Positions 57,913 to 64,000 of a stretch of DNA of 64,000 nt are shown here, piece by piece (positions within the stretch are counted from its first letter, which is position 1; every line of letters begins with the position of its first letter). The translations under genes and the position numbers were made by a program. The DNA is from a virus. The stretch lies in IMG/VR virus record IMGVR_UViG_3300028586_000750; one strand, written 5' to 3'. The notes under the pieces were generated by a model that saw only the letters and a program-made list of their open reading frames with translations, did no database searches and had not been told where the DNA came from.

Positions 57913-58401
57913 ATGTTAAATAGAATAAAAGAAATACGTTCTGCTAAGCCAGAAGAGGGATTTACCCTCATTGAACTAATGATTGTTGTGGTAATCATTG
58001 GCATCTTAGCTGCTATTGCTATTCCTATTTTCGCTAACCAACAAAAAGCTACTATTGACGCACGTACAAAAAGCGATATTAAGACAGCGCAATTAGCTGT
58101 CAGCACATGGGTTTCAAAAAATCCTCAATCTAAAACATTTACGGACCAAGCTGGTAGTAATTCAATCTTAGCAAGCCAAAAGTATTCAGATGGCACACAA
58201 ATTGCTATGTACGGCACTCCAATGGACTGGTGTGTAAGAGCATTCAACACTGATGGTAAAGAATTCAATGCATCTAATAGCTACGTTGTTTACAAATCTG
58301 TTTTAGGAAAAATGGGTCACGGTAACGAAATTGGTGTTGTTTCACAATCAAGCTGTTTCTCAGCAAATGGGTCAGTCACTATCGAATTAACAAATAGTTA
58401 A
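57913..58401 (+). CDS. Type IV pilin
   Basis: EEG-FTLIELMIVVVIIGILAAIAIPIF; C-terminal Cys pair. Confidence 0.9.
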   Translation: MLNRIKEIRSAKPEEGFTLIELMIVVVIIGILAAIAIPIFANQQKATIDARTKSDIKTAQLAVSTWVSKNPQSKTFTDQAGSNSILASQKYSDGTQIAMYGTPMDWCVRAFNTDGKEFNASNSYVVYKSVLGKMGHGNEIGVVSQSSCFSANGSVTIELTNS

Positions 58402-58419
58402 TCATTATAAAGACAAATT

Positions 58420-58956
58420 ATGTTAAATAAATTTAAAGAAATGCGTTACGCTAAGTCCGAAGAGGGCTTCACTCTTATTGAGTTGATGATTGTTGTCGTA
58501 ATTATTGGTATCCTAGCTGCGATTGCTATTCCTATTTTTGCTAACCAACAAAAAGAAGCACAATTCGCTGCTGTAAAATCTGACGTTAAAAACGTTGTAA
58601 CCATGGCAACAACCCAAAAGACTAAAACAGGTAAATTCCCTACAACTTGTGCTCAATGGGATTCTGTAATGCCAAACAACTGGCGTTCAACTTCAACAGG
58701 TGGTATGGCTGCACGTGTATCACCAGATGGATTAAACCTTTGGGTAGAAGCACAACCTGTTGACCGTAACGCGGCCAAAACAGAAGCAGAAGAAGCATCA
58801 TTCACTGCCGTATATGACTCTTCAAAATCTAGTGGTATTTTAACTCGCGCTCAATTTTCAAGCAAATATAACGTTTCTAACGTAGACCAAGCGCAAGCAA
58901 TGGGTTACACCAATTCCGGAATTATTTTCGGAACAGGTGCCTGCACAGCCTGGTAA
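58420..58956 (+). CDS. Type IV pilin
   Basis: Same prepilin helix; divergent globular domain with Cys pair. Confidence 0.9.
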   Translation: MLNKFKEMRYAKSEEGFTLIELMIVVVIIGILAAIAIPIFANQQKEAQFAAVKSDVKNVVTMATTQKTKTGKFPTTCAQWDSVMPNNWRSTSTGGMAARVSPDGLNLWVEAQPVDRNAAKTEAEEASFTAVYDSSKSSGILTRAQFSSKYNVSNVDQAQAMGYTNSGIIFGTGACTAW

Positions 58957-59021
58957 AACTTAACAAAACAATAGATAAAGCGCCCCACCAGAATTAACTG
59001 GTGGGGCGCTTTATCTATATA

Positions 59022-59312
59022 TTACTTAGAAAAGATATGCTTGATAAGTTTGGTAATAAGAGTATCTAGCTCTACCATATCAACGCTATCAACATACCCG
59101 TCTTCGTCAAGTTCGCCAGGAAGGTAACCTTGACTGATAAGAGCCGCAGCAACATCATATTTCCAGCCGCTATTTCCAAAAGGACGTTTTCCTGAAAAAC
59201 CTTCTTCTTCGTCCCATACCTTGATAAGAAGTTCCTGTAACATTTCTTTTACAGTAGCAACGCCTCTGAAATCCGTAAGAGGGGTTGCAAGAATTGCGTC
59301 ATAGTTTGTCAA
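59022..59312 (-). CDS. Hypothetical phage-type protein
   Basis: EEEGFSGKRPFGNSGW motif. Confidence 0.7.
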   Translation of the reverse strand: MTNYDAILATPLTDFRGVATVKEMLQELLIKVWDEEEGFSGKRPFGNSGWKYDVAAALISQGYLPGELDEDGYVDSVDMVELDTLITKLIKHIFSK

Positions 59313-59328
59313 AGCTCTGAACCTACTG

Positions 59329-59448
59329 TTAGTTCTCTAGGTACTCGGCGAAGCTACCCAAGTCTACGGTGTCTCCGTTAGCTGACTGAGCTACCCCACG
59401 TTCTACAGAAGCGCGGGTTTCTGGTGAAAGGGTTTCACGGTTGGTCAT
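59329..59448 (-). CDS. 39-aa protein resembling an antitoxin C-terminus (not in ORF track)
   Basis: MTNRETLSPETRASVERGVAQSANGDTVDLGSFAEYLEN*; GGAG RBS. Confidence 0.5.
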   Translation of the reverse strand: MTNRETLSPETRASVERGVAQSANGDTVDLGSFAEYLEN

Positions 59449-59604
59449 TTAAATAAACTCCAAGTTAATTACAATAGGCTTCAATGATGACATAAAGCTA
59501 ACTTAAAGTCAAGCATTGTCCCTGTTAAAGATAAAATCTAAGAAGAAAAACAGTAATCTAGTATGATTGAAAAGTAACTTAAACATTAAGACAGAAAAGT
59601 ATTT

Positions 59605-60162
59605 ATGAAAACAATATTGTCAGTAACTAACAAAACCATTAATGATGAAATTACTGGTTATTACTCTAAGAAGCCAATTGATCTAACCGAACCATTGCCT
59701 TTAGCTTCATTAAGTACCTTAATTCATCAATACAATCAAAAGAACCCCATTTTAGGTTTCAACTACATAGCAAAAAGCCGTTTGATGCTTACCCTTTCAA
59801 TAGTGTTCATTGTAATCACTTTAGTTAGCTTCATAGTAAATCCATCACATAGTTTAGGTTTAGTGACTTTATTTGGTTTGGTAAGTATAGCTTTTGGGTT
59901 TGCATACAGAAACTTCGAAACAATTACATATTTAACAAAAAGCAAAGAAGCTAACAACCCACAAGATAAACTTAACCAACTTTATCTAAACAAAACTTTC
60001 CAAGAGAAATATAATCTCTGGATTAAAGAAAAATATAATGTAGAACCTTTAACACCAGAAGAATTTACACAATTATCTCAAACAAAATTTTTCATGAAAA
60101 ACGGAAAAGTGTATGAAGAAATTATAGAAGACTTCAAACTAATCCGCTTAGAAGTTAGATAA
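59605..60162 (+). CDS. Two-TM membrane protein
   Basis: Central hydrophobic pair. Confidence 0.65.
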   Translation: MKTILSVTNKTINDEITGYYSKKPIDLTEPLPLASLSTLIHQYNQKNPILGFNYIAKSRLMLTLSIVFIVITLVSFIVNPSHSLGLVTLFGLVSIAFGFAYRNFETITYLTKSKEANNPQDKLNQLYLNKTFQEKYNLWIKEKYNVEPLTPEEFTQLSQTKFFMKNGKVYEEIIEDFKLIRLEVR

Positions 60163-60195
60163 GTAATGCCCCAACTAAATTAGTTGGGGCATTAC

Positions 60196-61500
60196 TTATT
60201 TGTGGATTTTAAAACTGCCATATTCTGGTGCTTCAATTTTGACTTTGCAAGCTAATAACACAAATAATAACCAGTTACCTTCAATTAGTAAACGGCTTTC
60301 AGATAAAGATTGCACTAAAAGACAAGCCATGAGTAGCACTGGCAACAAAGTTTGGAATGGTACAACGTTTAGCAAATCTGTTTTTGCTTTGACAGGGTTA
60401 ACTGCAATACGCCACGAACGGATGCTAGCAATAATTGCAACAGCTATAGCTAACACTGCACCTACAATACCTGTCTGGAACACAATATCTAACAAAGCAT
60501 TATGTGCCTGCAAGAATTGAGTTCCGTCTAAAATGGCAAGGTTTGTGAAAGGCTCAACCCAAGGGGTCCAATAGCTAACCCATCCCCAACCAACAATAGG
60601 ATGCATAGCAACAAGGTTCCACACATTAGACCAAATAGTTGTTCTACCAGTGAAGTCATCATCACGCCCAATTAATGCTAAAAGTGGAGAAGAATAAATG
60701 ACACATACAGCAAGTAAAGCAATTATTGCGCCACCGCCGAAATAATACAAATACTTATGGTTCTGCACTAAAAGTTTACGCATGCTAATAGCTAAGAGGC
60801 TAAGTAAAAAGACAGCGACAACAGCTACTGTAACTGTTGCAGATTGAGTTAAATAGATAGTCCCGAAAGCTACCACGAACCAGATAGCATGACGAACATT
60901 CTTTTTAGATGCAAAGAACTGAATAGCAAAAATACAGATAGACAACAAAGCAACAAAACCAAGTAGGTTACGGTTACCAACAATACCTTGAATGTCTGCT
61001 CCATTGAATAGGTTACCTTCAACCCAAGCGTAACCTGGTACAGCATCAACAAATGGGTTCAACGGTCCACGAATGAAAACTGCAACATACAGTTCAAGTA
61101 ATAGCGATGACGCAAGAATAAACTTGAAAGCTGATGACAATGTTTTCAATAGTTGACCCCAACTTAATGTTGAAGCTAAAACGTAACCAACGTAAGCTGT
61201 TATTAGTTGTAAACCACTACCAAGTAAAGTTTCTAAAGGGTATTGCGACCAGGTAACACTGATGAAACACCAGATAAGAAAAATGAATAGTGGATATGGG
61301 ATTTTCTGTAAGCTGAACTTTAGATGGTCTTTGAAAACTACAAAAACAAGTCCGAATAGAAGAAAATCTACAACAGCAAAACCTGCCCAACCAATTGCAT
61401 AACGTAATGCTTGGCCAGCGAAAGCTGCAACCCAAATAGCAACTACAAGAGCATATTTTGTAGATGCAGAGCTAATAAAAGTTTTAAACATATTGTTCAC
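60196..61500 (-). CDS. O-antigen ligase/polymerase (WaaL/Wzy_C) family membrane protein
   Basis: About 12 TMs; GNRNLLG, GRDDDFTGRTTIW, GWGW, QAHNALLD..FQTGIVG. Confidence 0.85.
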   Translation of the reverse strand: MNNMFKTFISSASTKYALVVAIWVAAFAGQALRYAIGWAGFAVVDFLLFGLVFVVFKDHLKFSLQKIPYPLFIFLIWCFISVTWSQYPLETLLGSGLQLITAYVGYVLASTLSWGQLLKTLSSAFKFILASSLLLELYVAVFIRGPLNPFVDAVPGYAWVEGNLFNGADIQGIVGNRNLLGFVALLSICIFAIQFFASKKNVRHAIWFVVAFGTIYLTQSATVTVAVVAVFLLSLLAISMRKLLVQNHKYLYYFGGGAIIALLAVCVIYSSPLLALIGRDDDFTGRTTIWSNVWNLVAMHPIVGWGWVSYWTPWVEPFTNLAILDGTQFLQAHNALLDIVFQTGIVGAVLAIAVAIIASIRSWRIAVNPVKAKTDLLNVVPFQTLLPVLLMACLLVQSLSESRLLIEGNWLLFVLLACKVKIEAPEYGSFKIHK

Positions 61501-61659
61501 TAATTAAACTATAACATGCTGCCAATACAAAGCAGCAGTTCTCTTTAAAAGGAGATTATAACGTCTTAATCTCCTTTTAAAGAGAACAACACAATTTTTA
61601 AAGCTATAATTGGCATCAAACATTTGAATAAATGATATAATAATCAAGAAGTATTAATC

Positions 61660-63378
61660 ATGAAACTAATAGATCATCCAACCCTAGCCGCAGAATGGCA
61701 CCCTACCAAAAATGGGGACTTAACACCTGAAAATGTTAATAGTAGCTCACGCGAGAAGGGGTGGTGGCAATGTTCTAAAGGACATGAATGGTTGCAAAGA
61801 ATTGAATTTAGAACATTACGACATAATACTTGTGCAATTTGTAAAATTAATGCTATTAGTCTAGCGGTAACTCACCCTCATTTAGCGGAAGAATTTCACC
61901 CTACACTCAATGGTGATTTGACTGCGGAAACAGTAACTTATGGTCGTAGCACAAAAGCGTGGTGGTTAGGTAAAGATTGCCAACATGTTTGGGATGCAAC
62001 CCCAGCAAATCGTGCGCGTTTAAAACAGAATTGCCCCTATTGTGCAGGCAAAAGAGTAATTCCAGGGAAAACAGATATTGCTACGACCCATCCTGAACTA
62101 CTTATTGAATGGCATCCAACATTAAACACTCTTAAACCTACTGAAATTTCTAAAGGCTCGCATAAAAAGGTATGGTGGTTAGGTAAAGATTGCCAACATG
62201 CTTATGAAGCTACAATTCCTCATCGCTTAGAAGGTAAAAATTGTCCCTATTGTGCAGGCAGGAGAATTTTAGCTAAAGATAATGATTTATTGCATGTCAA
62301 TCCAAAATTAGGTTTAGAATTTCATCCTACTTTTAATGGAGCGGTCAAAGCTGATGAATTAGCGCCTAATGCACGAGCAAGCTATTGGTGGCTCTGCTCA
62401 GCGTGCAGTCATGAATGGAAAGCTGCGGTTTATTCTAGATCAGCAGGTAATGGTTGCCCTAAATGTGGTATCTCAAACTTTCAGTCTGAACCGGAAAAAT
62501 ATATAGTCAATTTTCTTAACAAACTTGATATAAAAACAGAACAAAGCAATAGAACACTTTTAGATGGTCAAGAAATAGACATTTACTTACCTGATTTCAA
62601 TTTTGCCATTGAATATAATGGCTTGTACTGGCACAGCGAACAAATGGGTAAAAATAAATACTATCATCGTAATAAATATGAACTAGCTCAACAAAAAGGT
62701 ATCCAGCTAATTCAAATTTGGGAAGATGATTGGAAGGTAAAGAAAGATTTCATTCTTATTAGTTTGCTACATAAACTAAACAAACATGAATATTTGGAAA
62801 AAGCTATACCTGGTTTACCTTCCGCTAATTATGAAAAAATTGATGCTAGAAAAAGCACTATATCAGCAATAACTTATGCAGAAGCTTTAGCGTTTTTAAA
62901 TACTAACCATATTCAAGGTGGAGTAACAGCAAGTATTTACCTAGGTCTAAAAGACAAGAAAACAAATACCCTTCGTGCCGTGCTTACTTTTAAGAAAGAA
63001 AAAGATAACTATATTCTCAACAGGTATGCAACTATTGGCGTCATTCGTGGTGGGTTTACAAAAATGCTCTCTTACTTTGAGAAAACATATAAGCCTACTA
63101 CTGTAATTACATTTGCTGACCACACTGTAAGTAATGGTAAATTATACGAAAACAATGATTTTATAGCAGAGAAGGAACTACTACCTGATTACAGCTATCT
63201 CTACAGAAGCAAACGTGAGCACAAATTTAACTTTAGGTTAAAAAGATTTAAAACAGATGCATCATTGGTCTACGTTCAAAATAAAAGCGAAAGCGAACTT
63301 GCTATCATCAATAACATTTACCGTATCTGGGATGCTGGTAAAACTAGGTATGTTAAAAGATACAACTACTCGTCTTAA
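61660..63378 (+). CDS. Zinc-ribbon repeat plus PD-(D/E)xK nuclease (Hef-like homing endonuclease)
   Basis: Four HP.L..EWHP..N...WW.C..C.H.W...CPYC repeats; EIDIYLPD...AIEYNGLYWHS; IWDAG. Confidence 0.8.
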   Translation: MKLIDHPTLAAEWHPTKNGDLTPENVNSSSREKGWWQCSKGHEWLQRIEFRTLRHNTCAICKINAISLAVTHPHLAEEFHPTLNGDLTAETVTYGRSTKAWWLGKDCQHVWDATPANRARLKQNCPYCAGKRVIPGKTDIATTHPELLIEWHPTLNTLKPTEISKGSHKKVWWLGKDCQHAYEATIPHRLEGKNCPYCAGRRILAKDNDLLHVNPKLGLEFHPTFNGAVKADELAPNARASYWWLCSACSHEWKAAVYSRSAGNGCPKCGISNFQSEPEKYIVNFLNKLDIKTEQSNRTLLDGQEIDIYLPDFNFAIEYNGLYWHSEQMGKNKYYHRNKYELAQQKGIQLIQIWEDDWKVKKDFILISLLHKLNKHEYLEKAIPGLPSANYEKIDARKSTISAITYAEALAFLNTNHIQGGVTASIYLGLKDKKTNTLRAVLTFKKEKDNYILNRYATIGVIRGGFTKMLSYFEKTYKPTTVITFADHTVSNGKLYENNDFIAEKELLPDYSYLYRSKREHKFNFRLKRFKTDASLVYVQNKSESELAIINNIYRIWDAGKTRYVKRYNYSS

Positions 63379-63454
63379 AAAAGACTAAGTTTTTGCATTT
63401 TCTCTTTTTGTATGCTATGGTAGAGGTATTACTTCAAAGAAAAGGGAAATTTAA

Positions 63455-64000
63455 TTGGGTAAAACATTAGGGATCGACCTCGGTACCACGAACAGCGCTT
63501 TCGCCACAACAATTGCTGGCGAACCAACAGTCATTGCAAATGCTGAGGGTAGCCGTACAACACCATCTGTCGTAGCTTTCGCTAAAGGCACAGGTGAAGT
63601 TGTTGTTGGTGAACTCGCAAAGCGACAGGCCGTAACTAACCTTGACCGTACGATTGCATCAGTTAAGCGTCACATGGGTGAAGCTTGGACTACTGCTGAT
63701 ATTGACGGCAAGCGTTACACTGCACAGGAAATCTCTGCACGTACACTTATGAAGCTTAAGCGTGACGCAGAAGCTTACCTCAATGAAGACATTGATGGTG
63801 TAGTTATCACCTGCCCCGCATACTACAATGATGCACAACGTCAGGCCGTTAAAGAAGCCGGTGAAATTGCTGGCCTAAAGGTTCTTCGTATCATCAACGA
63901 GCCTACCGCCGCTGCTCTAGCTTACGGCCTTGAAAAAGGTGCCGAAGATGAGCTAATTCTTGTCTGGGACCTTGGTGGTGGAACCTTCGACGTTTCACTT
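63455..64000 (+). CDS. dnaK: Chaperone DnaK (5' part, truncated by window end; not in ORF track)
   Basis: TTG start after a GGG RBS; [53 protein letters not shown]; actinobacterial-like AVTN.DRTI.SVKRHMG. Confidence 0.95.
   Translation, partial: MGKTLGIDLGTTNSAFATTIAGEPTVIANAEGSRTTPSVVAFAKGTGEVVVGELAKRQAVTNLDRTIASVKRHMGEAWTTADIDGKRYTAQEISARTLMKLKRDAEAYLNEDIDGVVITCPAYYNDAQRQAVKEAGEIAGLKVLRIINEPTAAALAYGLEKGAEDELILVWDLGGGTFDVSL

Noticed and set aside
1-64000. CRISPR array or cas genes
   Set aside because: No regularly spaced direct repeats with unique spacers and no Cas motifs seen
1-64000. Stop-codon reassignment
   Set aside because: Conserved genes are intact in code 11, and TGA (26061, 50606) and TAG (9210) terminate ORFs at expected places

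Overview
AT-rich, gene-dense window, most likely from a jumbo phage or phage-like extrachromosomal element of an actinobacterial (Micrococcales-like) host. This identity is inferred: no capsid, tail or replication gene lies in the window. Support comes from an actinobacterial-type DnaK and pilins, many short orphan ORFs with their own sigmaA-like promoters and long hairpin terminators, HNH and Hef-like endonucleases, tyrS, tdk, adk and a Zn-dependent deaminase. Three themes stand out. (1) A minus-strand RNA region (about 16.5-38.5 kb) holds 12 canonical-looking tRNAs (6 Leu) and more than a dozen tRNA-shaped RNAs. Most of these keep paired acceptor and T arms while the anticodon arm is shrunken, expanded or replaced by a conserved module. 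Several compact structured ncRNA candidates are interleaved: a pseudoknot with kissing loop, an Ala-acceptor tmRNA-like RNA and a ~350-nt ornate RNA. (2) A host-surface and secretome kit comprises a SipW peptidase with two SipW-type fibre subunits, three type IV pilins, an O-antigen-ligase-family protein, and secreted GH16, GH81, beta-helix, FN3 and phosphoesterase proteins. (3) Five unrelated proteins share an N-terminal Cys/His tag, and a sequence-conserved CCCCACCAG hairpin family marks gene boundaries. All RNA folds and family assignments were made by eye, with no searches run.
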